From the NCBI GenBank assembly GCA_964016885.1, contig OZ024740.1, positions 355,880,001-355,944,000 on the forward strand: a DNA stretch of 64,000 nt, written 5' to 3'. Each line of letters starts with the position of its first letter. Positions within the stretch are counted from its first letter, which is position 1. Both the position numbers and the translations under genes were made by a program. The DNA comes from Eledone cirrhosa. Its lineage: Eukaryota. The notes under the pieces are model-generated. The model saw only the letters and a program-made list of their open reading frames with translations. It was not told where the DNA came from and did not search any database. Of the stretch, positions 27,375 through 38,968 are shown piece after piece.

Positions 27375-28665
27375 TTGTCGTCAATACAGCATTGGTTATT
27401 TATCTTTAGTTTCCTAAAAGAGCTTCACACCCCTTGGAATATCAAGCATAAGTAATGCAAGAGTCACTTGCCCATCTGTAACAACAATGGCGCTAAAGGC
27501 AGAGTTTAATGAGAAAGGACAGCAATGTGTTCAGCTGTGGTGGAACCACATCTAGCCAAGCTTTGTATATCAAGCATAAGTATATCAAGTTTTGTATATC
27601 AAGCATAAGTATATCAAGCTTTGTATATCAAGCTTGGAATATCAAGCATAAGTAATGCAAGAGTCACTGCCCATCTGTAACAACAATGGCGCTAAAGGCA
27701 GAGTTTAATGAAAAGGACAGCAATGTGTTCAGCTGTGGTGGAACCACATCTAGCCAAGCTTTGTAGCTGACACTCTTGTGGACATGATAAGAAGAAGAAT
27801 CGCTTCTCAAAATAGTCAACCAAAGTTTAAGAAACGAAGCCTTCATGCTTAAAGTATAATTTATATTCTAAACATGCCAACCAGAAAGGAAACCCTTTAT
27901 CATATTTCTTACAACCGAAGACCTCAGTAGAAAAGCGGAAAATGTTGATCTAGAATTTCAGAAAGCAATTACTCAGCTAGATAACGGGATGATTGCATCC
28001 TACAACACTACAACACTATTTTACTAGTCGGTAAGTTCGATGCAATAGGAGAATCATTACTTCAACCTGTTATTGAAGAAGTTCTCTCGACTGTAATGCA
28101 TAAAAAAACCTGGCACACTTATCAAGACGATTCCAGTTAGCAATTATACAATTTCTCGATGTATCGATGAAATGGCCACCGACGTCAAACAGCAACTCAT
28201 CCATTATGTTTGGAGTTCTGAATTTTCCATACAAGTTCACGAATCAACAATTGTAGAAAGTCAATACTTGATAATGGTTTATGTTCGTTTGTCTAATGAA
28301 AATATTCAATCTTGTGAAGAGATTCTGTTCTCTGATCGATTGTTGTTTGATTCAAAAAGTACGTCTACTTTAGATTTATTGAAGCTATTTTTTAATGAGC
28401 ATAACGTCTCATTGAACAGTATTGTTGTCTGTGCACCTAATGGAGTGTTGGCTATGGTAGGTAGAAACAGAGGTCTCTCTTCTCTCTTGAAACTTGAACT
28501 TTCGCATCCTGTTTTAACAGTTCAATGTGTGGCTCACTGGCAGCATTTAGTGGCTTTTACTGCAGTTAATCATTTAAAATTGTGATCAGGCTAAAATCAA
28601 ATTCTTTATCTGAACGAATTTTCTGTCAACTTTGCCTTCATAATGATAGTGACTATATGAAGTAC
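27375..28665 (+). pseudogene. Decayed hAT (Buster/ZBED5-SCAND3-like) transposase
   Basis: TISRCIDEMATDVKQQL...EFSIQVHEST...MVYVR...NGVLAMVG...QCVAHWQHL (decayed D(E)ST, DGAxxMxG and CxxHR motifs); possible left end near 26608 (catcgtttcttaacc). Confidence 0.7.
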
Positions 28666-29040
28666 GATGTCAAAAACACACACACACAAAAATAGAATGC
28701 ACAGTAAACCCCAAATTTTACATACCAAAGTCGGCTTGGCGCAAGTAATTAGAATTGAAAAGTTTTACATGCAGATATTGAATTTAAAAAATGCAACCAT
28801 CCTCATTTTACGTCCATTTTCCACACTGGCATGTGTTGGACGGGTTGTCACAGACCGAGATCAGAGATATCAGAGTGACGTCATCTTGTTCATTCATTAC
28901 ATATTTGGCATGGTTTCTATGGTTGGATGTCCTTCCTAACCCTAACCACTTTAGAGTGTTTACCTGGTGCATTGTTTTTGTGATACCAGCACAACCATTT
29001 TACACAGTTGACTAGGTATATTCTTACCATATATGGAATC

Positions 29041-29136
29041 ACCCCCTGAGAAGCTCGGCTATTCATATACCAGGATTAACATTTTCATTTAGTCCAGAAT
29101 TAGCCGTCGAAACGGCTTGAGCTCAGCCGTCGGGGT
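29041..29136 (+). ncRNA. Type I hammerhead-like ribozyme in the 5' pLTR (core CTGAGAA)
   Basis: acccc CTGAGAA gctcggcta...tagccgtc GAAA cggct-tgagctc-agccg TC ggggt; cleavage site after 29131; C3/A8 mismatch. Confidence 0.7.
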
Positions 29137-29321
29137 CCTACTCGTTCCTATTACCCACTCTACTACCCTAAGTATTGAGTACTTTGGTGCGTTATGGTCC
29201 ACCTGGTTCCTTACCACATTTCCTTCGTTATCTAGCTCCTATTCCCGTAGTAGAGCACTTTCCGACCCTACCACGCCGTATCCAGACTTTTCCGCTAAGC
29301 TCAAGTTCTTTCACCCGCACC

Positions 29322-31494
29322 ATGCGAAAACACAACATCGACTTCTCTACCAAGAACATCCCAGTTCCACCGAAAAAACTTTACCTTCGGATGCTCACGC
29401 AAAAAGTCGATCTATTTGCGAAAAGACTTAGATGGAGAACTTTTTTCTACGACAGATATTGCGACAATCAGGACTTCGGTACCAAGGAGAGATTCTGATT
29501 TAATACCTACAAATCTCCCCCTCCGAACCCTATGCTCTCACCCTTCGAGAACGACCTTTTCCAACTGGTCAAGAACATTAAATTCAAACCCAGACACAAC
29601 CGATTCCTACAAAAACTCCGTAGCAACTTAACAGAGTATGATAACACCAATGACATCATGGTGCACTCGGATAAAACTGGGAACCTCTACTTTGTCAACC
29701 CCGACAGATACCACACACTGATCAGGAGCAGCCTAAACTCCACCTATAAAAAGGCTAACCACTCATGCATCGAGGACATAAATCGAGATGGACAACAAAT
29801 TACCTCCAGCCTCGGGGTCGCCGACCGCACGGAACCCCTAGACCCACGGATACCCTACTTCACACTGAAGGACCACAAATCCGATTTCGACCGTAAACCT
29901 TCTATCAGGCTTATAAACCCAACGAAATCCGACATAGGGAGAATCAGCAAAAAAATCCTAGACCGCGTTATACCAAAAGTTAAGCAACACGCCAGACTTA
30001 GCCTATGGATCAATACCCAGGAAGTAATCTCATGGTTCAGCAATATGGAGGACAAACGAGACACTAAATTCATCCAGTTTGACAGAGAGTTACTATGCTT
30101 CAATTACCTTACCGCTACTTACGGCTGCCTTGGACTTCGCTGAAACACTTGCGCCCATCACCGACCAGGAAAGAAACATCATCCTCCACGCCAGGAAGAC
30201 AGTCCTACTCTTCGACAACTCCAAATGGATAAAGAGAGCTCCCGACTCACCCTTCGACGTCAGCATGGGCGCGACGGATTCGACTGAGGTCACAGATCTT
30301 ATAGGATTATTCCTACTAGCTAAACTCACCGATATGTTTCCTGCATTCGGCGGTGGATTGTACCGCGATGATGGGCTCCTTACCCTTAAAGGGTACAACC
30401 CCAGTAGTACAGACCGTGTCCGTAAACAATTAATCAGCTTCTTCCGCGACTGGGGATTTAAAATAACCCTACAAACGTCCCTGACCCGAGTAAACTTCCT
30501 GGACGTTACCCTTGACCTCGACAATGATCTGTACTACCCATACAGGAAACCCAACGACAACCTGCACTACATCCACCGCCGGTCAAACCATCCTAGGAAC
30601 ATCACCAATAACCTGGTTAAAAATATCTCCCTCCGCATATCTCGTTTGTCCTCTAATGAGCAGATATTCGAGGAACATGCGCCTTATTACAACCAGGCCC
30701 TCAAGCGGAGTGGTTTCCGGGAGGAAATATCCTACTGTCCAGCTTCCATTAGCGGAACCAGCAGGCGACACCGCCGCTCACGCAATGTAACATGGTTCAA
30801 TCCTCCCCACAACGCCGAGGTGACAACTCCTATCGGTAAAATCTTCTTTAGGCTCATTGAAAAATACTTCCCACTACAACACCGCTACCACAACATAATT
30901 AACAAAAATACCATCAAACTCTCCTACAGCACCACACCAAACTTTGCACAAAACATCGTCTCCTCTAACAACAAAAAACTCAACCCCTATGGAAGAAATA
31001 ACCTAAATAGCAGTGGAGAGCCGACCAGGAGGTGTAACTGTCCTGATGGATCCATTTGCCCCCTCGACAACAGATGCAGAGATCGTAATGTGATCTACCA
31101 GTGCAACGTGAGGACGGACACCTCCAACAAAGCTTATATAGGATTAACCGCATGTGACTTCAAGACCCGGCTATACCAACATAAACATACCTTCCGAAAC
31201 CCGTCCCGGCGTCACGCCACTACACTTTCGGGCCACATCTGGGACATCAAGGATAACAATATTACCTATGATCTCACTTGGAGCTTACTGTCCAGAGCCA
31301 ACTCTTACACGGGAGGACGCCGTCCGTGCAATTTATGCTCGGAGGAAACTTTACAAATGCTGTTTTCGACGGACCAACTCCTAAACAAGAAAGATGAACT
31401 GGTAACTGCATGCAAACACAGATTGCGTAGGACTTATCTCGCCCTCAAACCCCATAATGACCCGGAGGGGGGGGGGGGTAGACAAGGGCTGTAA
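29322..31494 (+). pseudogene. PLE polyprotein (RT + Cys-rich linker + C-terminal GIY-YIG endonuclease), ~724 aa if repaired
   Basis: ATG 29322; in-frame TGA 29496-29498; 2-bp deletion near 30084 (FIQFD[I]ESYY). Motifs LKDHK...IRLINP, DVSMGATDS, GLYRDDG, NFLDV, SNHP, CNCxxxxxCPLxxxC, VIY...YIG, RxxxH, CNLC. Confidence 0.9.
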
Positions 31495-32618
31495 CATCCC
31501 ATTTGCCGACTTTGTAATGGGTAACCCCTGCTTGCAAAGGTAGACGTAAGATCTTCTTTTGTGTCTTTTTATCGCTTCCTCTATATTTCCTTCTTCCCCC
31601 CATCCCTCCCTAGTCCTTCCACCCCAGTCCTCTTTCTTTGTCGTCGTCCTTTTCACTTTCTCGCCCACCCGAGGCAGCCACTCGGTCCTTTGTAGCCTCA
31701 GTACCCCCATCCCCTTCCCCTATTCTATGATAGAATTGGCCGACTCCGCTTTTTATAGCAGATGTGATAGACCCCGGATACTTGCCTTCTTATCCGATGG
31801 CTGCCCCTTTTCCGTGCTTTCTACATTTCTTAGTGGTATCTTTGCTTTAATTTCTCGTATATCAGTATTTATGGGGCGGGGGGGGGGGGGGGGGGTTCTG
31901 AATTAATTTTCCGTATCAAATTTTTTATATACTTCGTACGAGCATTTATGTAGTTTGCATTAGAATTTTTGTATCGTAGCGGCACCCTTAGAGATAGTAT
32001 TAGTATTCTTTTTCGGGATTCTGAATTATTATTTCGTATTAGTTTATTTTTTGCACTGGGTGGTTGCTGGCCTTGTGCCTAGGGTAGAAACCATTATTTC
32101 GTATTAGTCTCGGGACTCTGAATTATTATTTCGTGGTAGTTTCTTCAGTATTTTGGCCCCCCACTTGTCCCGTCACCGTAAGATATACTCGGTTGATTAC
32201 TACTACCTCTTAAAAGGGTCTCATTATAATTCCGTCCCACCTAGTAAATCTTTCTTTAGTCTAGCAGTACCAGTGAGAGACTTGATAGCTATCCTTAGAT
32301 TATAGTAACCAGAAATTTTCTTTTTTTTATATTTAATTGTTTTTTTAACATTCTAGGTATTTTTCTATATATTTACCCCATATTGTTTTACTTATTGTTT
32401 CGACTTCCTCCCCCTTCCCCTCCCTAGTATACTTCCTTGACCTCCTGCCCTGCTGTAGTTGGCACTATCAACGCACGACTGGGTTCCCCCTCCCTCTTTC
32501 TTCTACTGGCAGGTTCAGCTACCCCTGCCTTCCACAAATTGCCATGATAGAATTATGTGTCTCAACAACAAACTCTTGACCAATCCTTGTGACAATCATT
32601 TTTACCATATATGGAATC

Positions 32619-32714
32619 ACCCCCTGAGAAGCTCGGCTATTCATATACCAGGATAAAAATGTTCATTTAGTCCAGAATTAGCCGTCGAAACGGCTTGAGC
32701 TCAGCCGTCGGGGT
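32619..32714 (+). ncRNA. Type I hammerhead-like ribozyme in the 3' pLTR
   Basis: Same fold as 29041-29136; cleavage site after 32709. Confidence 0.7.
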
Positions 32715-32805
32715 CCTACTCGTTCCTATTACCCACACTACTACCCTAAGTATTGAGTACTTTGGTGCGTTATGGTCCACCTGGTTCCTTACCACATTTC
32801 CTTCG

Positions 32806-32890
<85 letters not shown>

Positions 32891-33645
32891 GAACTTAGAA
32901 GGCCAAGGCTAAACAGAAAAAAATAAATGGAATAACAACAACACCCAAACAAACAATACTGACGTAAGAGAAGTATAAATAAATAAATACATACACAAGC
33001 ACAATAACAACAAACACCTTATAAACACACACTAGTAAACTAAGATAGAATACAATACACAGTCACCCAAACACGAACACACATCAAACACTATACACAC
33101 ACGCAAACGCATGCGCAGAGAAGACAAAAAAAAATAAAAATAAATAAATAGACTAAATAAAGATGGCGTAGGCATACAATACAGCAGGAGGAAACATAAT
33201 AGCACCAATGACGATGTTGCAGATGTGCAACGAAACAACTTTGTTAGACTATATATATGTGTTTGTGTCTATATTGTATCTGTATTTTTGACCGTTGGTC
33301 AGTCAATAGTAACATTGAGGACCGAATAAATTAAATTAACCGATATAAAAGACACAGAAGCGAAAGCAACCAAACAGTGAGTGTGTTCTGTTATTAATTC
33401 TGGCAATATTATTACACAAATATGACCCTCCCCAAGTATAACAATATATATATCACCATCGTTTAACGTCCATTTTTCCACACTATAATATGTAGGTTCC
33501 CGAGTGGTGTCAGGGGGTAACCACAGCTAAAGAAGGTAATCAATACGTTGGAAAAGTATAGGTATCTTTATTATATATAGAAATGAATTTTACATTCGTG
33601 ATGATTTTATACGAATGAAATATTTATAGTCCTGTAGAAGTCAAA

Positions 33646-33702
<57 letters not shown>

Positions 33703-35395
33703 GTTTCTACTTTTGGCACAAGGCCAGCAATTACCCAGTGCATTACTGGTACTTATTTTATCTACCCCGTAAGGATGAAAGGCAAAGTGAACCTCGGCGG
33801 GATTTGAACTCAGACCGTAGAGGGACGTAACTATGCTGGAAAGCATGGCGTCCGACCCTCTACCGATACTGCCAATCCACCACCATCCATATATATATAT
33901 ATAATGTATAACATTTTGATTTGGTAAAAGCTATCTTGTTTTTCATAATATATTGACTTGATGATACTGTAATGTTTTTATCCATTTTACCAATGGCTTT
34001 AATTTGGCTATTCACTGCATTAATATAATATCATTTCTAGCTCACAATTATATTTGTAGACTTCTAAAATTTATATTTGAAACTGTAATTAGCTCAATGA
34101 AAATTAATTACGAAGCTAGATCAGACAAGCTGAAAATTGGTAATCAAGACAATTTGACCCCGCAAGAGATACATATTTAGCTTATGTGAAAGCATAACGA
34201 TTGTATTTATGGAGTAGTTAAATATCTAAACTAGGTCAAAGAACTAAATATTCCATTTCATATCGAAATTACTTTGTCATGGAGTCAGTAATGATAATAA
34301 GGTGCAAATATGTTGCTTGTTTGATTGTTTTTTTTTTCCTTCGATTATCAATTACTCAGGCTAAATGGATTAAAAATTCATCAATTAAGAGTTCATGTGC
34401 AAAGTTCAAATTCACTTTAATGTACTCTAATAGTAATGATGAAGATGACGTTGATGATTATGATGTTAGCAGGAATGATGGCGATGTTGTTTTCGTCTTA
34501 CTGACTAAGAAACTAAAATATTTAAAAAAATGTTGTCACCATGAAGAATTAAAAGAAACGTTGGATTTCTGAATTGCAAACTGGATTTGACTATAGAACC
34601 AGCTGGTTAATTACGTAGGATGATAAAGAATGGTTAAGTTGTGTGAAAACCTGACTATATCGTATTGCAGTTCATATGTTAGTGTTAATGGCTTTATTGT
34701 TTGTTTGGGCAAGAGAAATTCTTCTACATTGCTTCAGGTTTTTCAACTTGTATCATTCGAGCTATTTGGGGGAGCTGGGCCATTAAACTCCCAGATACAT
34801 AAGCATTTCGGGGAAAGGTCTTATGATTGACAAATGTCGTTTCAGGAAGAGATTCATTTCTTAGTCACTTTTTTATCTGTAAACAAGAGTTGCAATCTCA
34901 TTCATAATTTGTTAAAGTATTAAATTATTAATTACTTTTTATGATTGAAGAGAAATCTATTCTGTGTTTTGGTTGTGAAAACTATAGCAATTGAACAGCA
35001 ATTATGTTGTTTTGACTCTAACACAAGGCAGTAGGCTGCCACAGGTGAGATGTTCTGCCATTTTCTTTAAAGTTTAAGAAAATATGTGCTACTATTTAAC
35101 TTATGAAATCCTGTTATGATTTAGCAGAAAATATCTGAAAATAGGTTTGTCAATTCAAACTTTTATAGTATCTTTACTAGTGAACAGATTGTTGCAAAAG
35201 TTTGCAGTAAACTAAAGGTGTTAATTTTTAATGTGATGCAGCCATAGTGTAACTTTCTACTTTTAAGAAATGTCTTGCTAATATGAATTTATGTGGTACA
35301 GAACGTTAACTGAAAACAAGTAGAAACAAAATTTCTTTCTCTTCAACATATAACATAATTCTAATAACTATTAATTAATGAGAGAACTTCTATGC

Positions 35396-35727
35396 CAGGA
35401 GTTAGAAACCTGTGGTGCTGGTGCTGCATGCGACTTATTAGACTATCTTGAATGGTTCTTAAGTGCTCTGGAATAGTATTTTCTTTTTCTTTTTAAAATA
35501 AATGCCATCACTTATGACTCAGCCATAGAAGCAATTTCAGATAAGATTGAAAGCCCTTTGGCTTTCAATCTTATCTGAAATTGCTTCACATTGAATATAA
35601 AAAATGTTAGCTAAATACATTTTTTCTTTTGAATGTATTTTTATTTGTAATAATGCAAATCTGTTAGTTTCTATTATCTTTTTTAGCTAAAAGTAGTTCT
35701 TTGGACTAAAAAGTTTCCTGACCCATG
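35396..35727. mobile_element. Old non-autonomous hAT (Buster/Charlie-type) MITE
   Basis: Degenerate TIRs caggagttagaaacct / aagtttcctgacccatg; 8-bp TSD ttctatgc / ctctatgc (7/8, central TA). Confidence 0.55.
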
Positions 35728-36410
35728 CTCTATGCTATTGCTCAGAATGCTAAAAATAATAACCACATTTCCCTCGAATAATCAGCAATAGCTACTGTGA
35801 CTTTAGCAAAATTAGATCCAGTTTGTTAAAGTAACAAAAGATTACAATAACAGCAACAAAAATTGATTTTTAAGAGCAATAGTAATTTCAACTGCAATTT
35901 ATGGGAATCAATCATGAATGTTAGATGCTTAAGAAGAAGGTAAAGTAATAGTTTTTAAAATGAAATTTTATAGAAATATGGTTCGTATTTCATTTACATT
36001 GAACTGATGAAACTGTTAGGAAATTCTTACTAGTTAAAAAATATTTTTGTAAATTGTTAAAAAATAGAAAATGAAGTGATTTGCTCATCTTAATTGATGC
36101 ACTACAACACCAAATGTGGTTATACATGGAGAAATACCTGGTAAAATCTCATTCATTCATCTCTAAAAAGGAAGTACAAGGCCTGTTGAATAAAGCTGTT
36201 TTAAGATGCCATGAATAAGTCCTATATACTGTAAAAAATAAAACACAAGCATAGTAATGTGTAAGCACTTTTGAGCATAGCTCTGCTTGATCCAAGCTGA
36301 CCTGTGACTAACAACAGCATCAGGAGCTCTAATATATATAATTGTTATCATTAGTGTATTAATCACACACCTATGGCTTCACACATATAGCCATACCTGC
36401 ACTTATTAGA

Positions 36411-36451
<41 letters not shown>

Positions 36452-36455
<4 letters not shown>

Positions 36456-36602
36456 GAAGGAGGTGTGGTAAGGAACCAGATGGACCATAACGCCGTACTC
36501 AATACTTAGGATAATAGGAAAATGTTTGCCCACGGCTATTTCTGTCCAAAAAAGCTGTCGAAACGGCTTGAGCTCTGCTATCGGGGTCAAACATTTTCCT
36601 AT
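36452..36602. mobile_element. 150-bp rearranged solo PLE pLTR inside (TA)n
   Basis: 36452-36531 is the pLTR 3' end on the minus strand; 36533-36602 is the HHR 3' half on the plus strand; (TA)n on both sides. Confidence 0.8.
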
Positions 36603-37099
36603 ATATATATATATATATATATTGGTGTGTTAGTTAGGTGTGTAACTACAGTTACAGGTGGCACACTCTTCAACACAATCCTGTTATGAGTTCCATCTTG
36701 AGTGGGTTGTATTCCAGAGTTAAGGTGGCTGTAGTGTGCAGAGTGTAAATAGATTAAGTTGAATTTAAGTCAGTGTTGCAGCATATGTACAAACTTTATT
36801 GTATATTATATATATACACATTTGGTAGACACAGATGCAATTCACTTCAAACACTTGACGTCATAATACTTCTTTAAAATAAGGATGACGGCGTACATTT
36901 ATAAAGAGGAAAATGCTAAGTTGTAGATGTTAGTCATTATTTATTTAGCTGTTATATATATTACCATGACGATAGATATCGTGATTTCTTCAGACACCAA
37001 AATTGAATAAAAGGTAACATTTCCAAGGCAATTATGGGTGGAAGGGAGTGGACTAAAAAAAAATTATACTTTTGCTTTGTATATATATATGTAAATGTA

Positions 37100-37928
37100 T
37101 GTGGAATTGGTATGGACATGTGATGTGCATGGAAGCTGCATAAAGAAATGTAGAGAAACCCCAGTGGCTGGGACCCATGGAAAAGACAGACCCAGGAAGA
37201 CATGGGATGAGGTTGGGAAGACTAACCTTAAAAAACTAAACTTCACAACAGAAATGACTAAGGACTGCAAGGGCTGGTGCTATGCTGCGCTGAATGTGAG
37301 CTGACCTATCTCCATGTCCTCCCCTTCCACTAGCACTCACTAACAGCTATTCTCAACACCACTACACCACCCTCCCTCCCCCAGCACTCACCCCTAGCCA
37401 CTTACCCCTTAGAAGTCTCTTGTCTCCTTCACTCTAGAAGCCACTCTCCTCATTCTTATACACTCCACCCATGCATCCTCCTTTATTACTACCTAGCAGC
37501 TATCCTCATCACCACTACATGCCTATTCCTGTATCATCCCTTAGCTGCTGTCCTCTTCTCTCCCCCTAAAACCCTTAAATGCCCTCACTATCACACCCTA
37601 ATAGCTTCCCTCTGAATTCCCTCACCCCATTGTTACGCCTTAGCTATTCTCTCCATCACTACACCTACCATTCCCAGCACTGAATGTTCTCAATCCCACG
37701 AGAAAGAGAGAGAAAAAAGGGGAGGTCCCTTCAGTAATGCCACATGGAAACCTTTCAAGCGTTTGTGATCTACATGATAAACACACCCAGTAAGCAAGAA
37801 TCAAGCCCCCAACCTGTCTGAGAGCTCAATAGTATTAAGTATTGATTTAGTAACTGATTAAGTATTGATTTAGTAATGATCCATCCACCCCTTGCTAACA
37901 GGGCAAATGGATGTTAAATGATGATGAT

Positions 37929-37932
<4 letters not shown>
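37100..37932 (+). mobile_element. Older RTE 3' fragment
   Basis: WYGH...CIKKC...RPRKTWDEV, C-rich 3' UTR, ggatgttaaatgatgatgat tail; another short copy at 44465-44697. Confidence 0.7.
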
Positions 37933-37959
<27 letters not shown>

Positions 37960-38066
37960 AATTAAGATAAATCAAGCTACCTAGCTATGTGTGCTTACAC
38001 ACTTGTAAAAATTATCCCCTGTGATTGTTTCATATGTTTATTTATATGTTAATAAATTTCTAGTTG

Positions 38067-38104
<38 letters not shown>

Positions 38105-38774
38105 TATTGATGTGCCAAAACACCACATATACTAGAGAAAGACCAATACAGTCAACCAAGTGAGTGAATAGGAAAGCCCTTTATTTCTACAATATTGTAC
38201 TTATTTTTAGGTTTAACTCATACCATTGACTGAAAATTGTCAACTACCAAGTATATACAATTTTGACTTATTAGTAAAGACAAGCAAATTGCAAAAAGAA
38301 CTAAACAAAACAAAGTCAATTTATGTTTATTAGCAATACTACACCAAATTGGATTACTAGATTTTTCTGTGACTTGTTACTAGCAATAATATACTTGCCA
38401 GTGTTGATGAAGAAACTGTTATTCTAGAATCCCTATATTGCTGGACATGCATGGCTACATGTGTCAATGTAAATGTTTGATCATGTCTATTATTACACGT
38501 AGACAGTTCAGCAGTGAATGACTGTTTTTTATACGTCATAACTCAATTAATATTTTGTCTTATGGAACATTTCATAAATGCATCTGCATTACTATTGAAC
38601 ATCACAATTAACTACACACATACAACCACACACTCACAAACATTTACACATATACACAAACACAGAAACATCCTTATGGGGTAGATAAAATAAAGTACCA
38701 GTAATGCACTGGGTAATTGCTGGCCTTGTGCCAAAGTAGAAACAATTATATATATATATATTATATATATATAT

Positions 38775-38968
38775 TGGAAAGTGAGGTTTTTTTACAAAAT
38801 GAAAAAAAAACGAGGTGTCCTACACGAGTGAAAGTATAAGGAAAAAAGATGAAATCGAAAATGTAACTGAAGTCTCTTTTAAAAAAAATATATTTATTTG
38901 GTTCCTTTACCGGTTTAGCAGTTCTTGTGCTTTCCAAAAGTAGAATTGAGATGGAGGGTTTGTGGTTT
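38775..38968 (-). mobile_element. Probable PLE terminal repeat remnant with decayed HHR
   Basis: Homologous to 53870-54045; 3' end abuts (TA)n; HHR-like fold at 38905-38940. Confidence 0.5.

Larger units (their letters stand above)
29024..32809 (+). mobile_element. Near full-length Penelope-like retroelement with direct pseudo-LTRs
   Basis: 208-bp direct repeats 29024-29231 and 32602-32809 (about 4 differences) flank an RT-GIY-YIG ORF and a ~1.1-kb 3' UTR; 3' end runs into (TA)n. Confidence 0.93.

Noticed and set aside
29117-29431. Small [17 protein letters not shown]... repeated in each pLTR
   Set aside because: Starts at a TTG inside the ribozyme stem III loop upstream of the cleavage site; recurrence follows from the DNA repeat
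29496-29498. In-frame TGA in the PLE ORF as selenocysteine or read-through (some Naiad PLEs encode selenoproteins)
   Set aside because: Context KERF*FNTYKSPP suggests a Gly codon (GGA>TGA) in a (Y/F)GF motif rather than a Cys position. This element has a C-terminal endonuclease unlike Naiads, the copy also has a frameshift, and I identified no SECIS. Aligning other copies would settle it
30070-30100. Programmed frameshift in the PLE RT
   Set aside because: Restoring 2 nt gives FDIESYY (RT motif A); no slippery heptamer; best explained as a deletion
33205-33250. Hammerhead-like motif atgacga-t-gttgca/tgcaac-gaaa-caactttgtt
   Set aside because: Stem II, GAAA and stem III look right, but position 3 is A and no stem I can form; at best a relic
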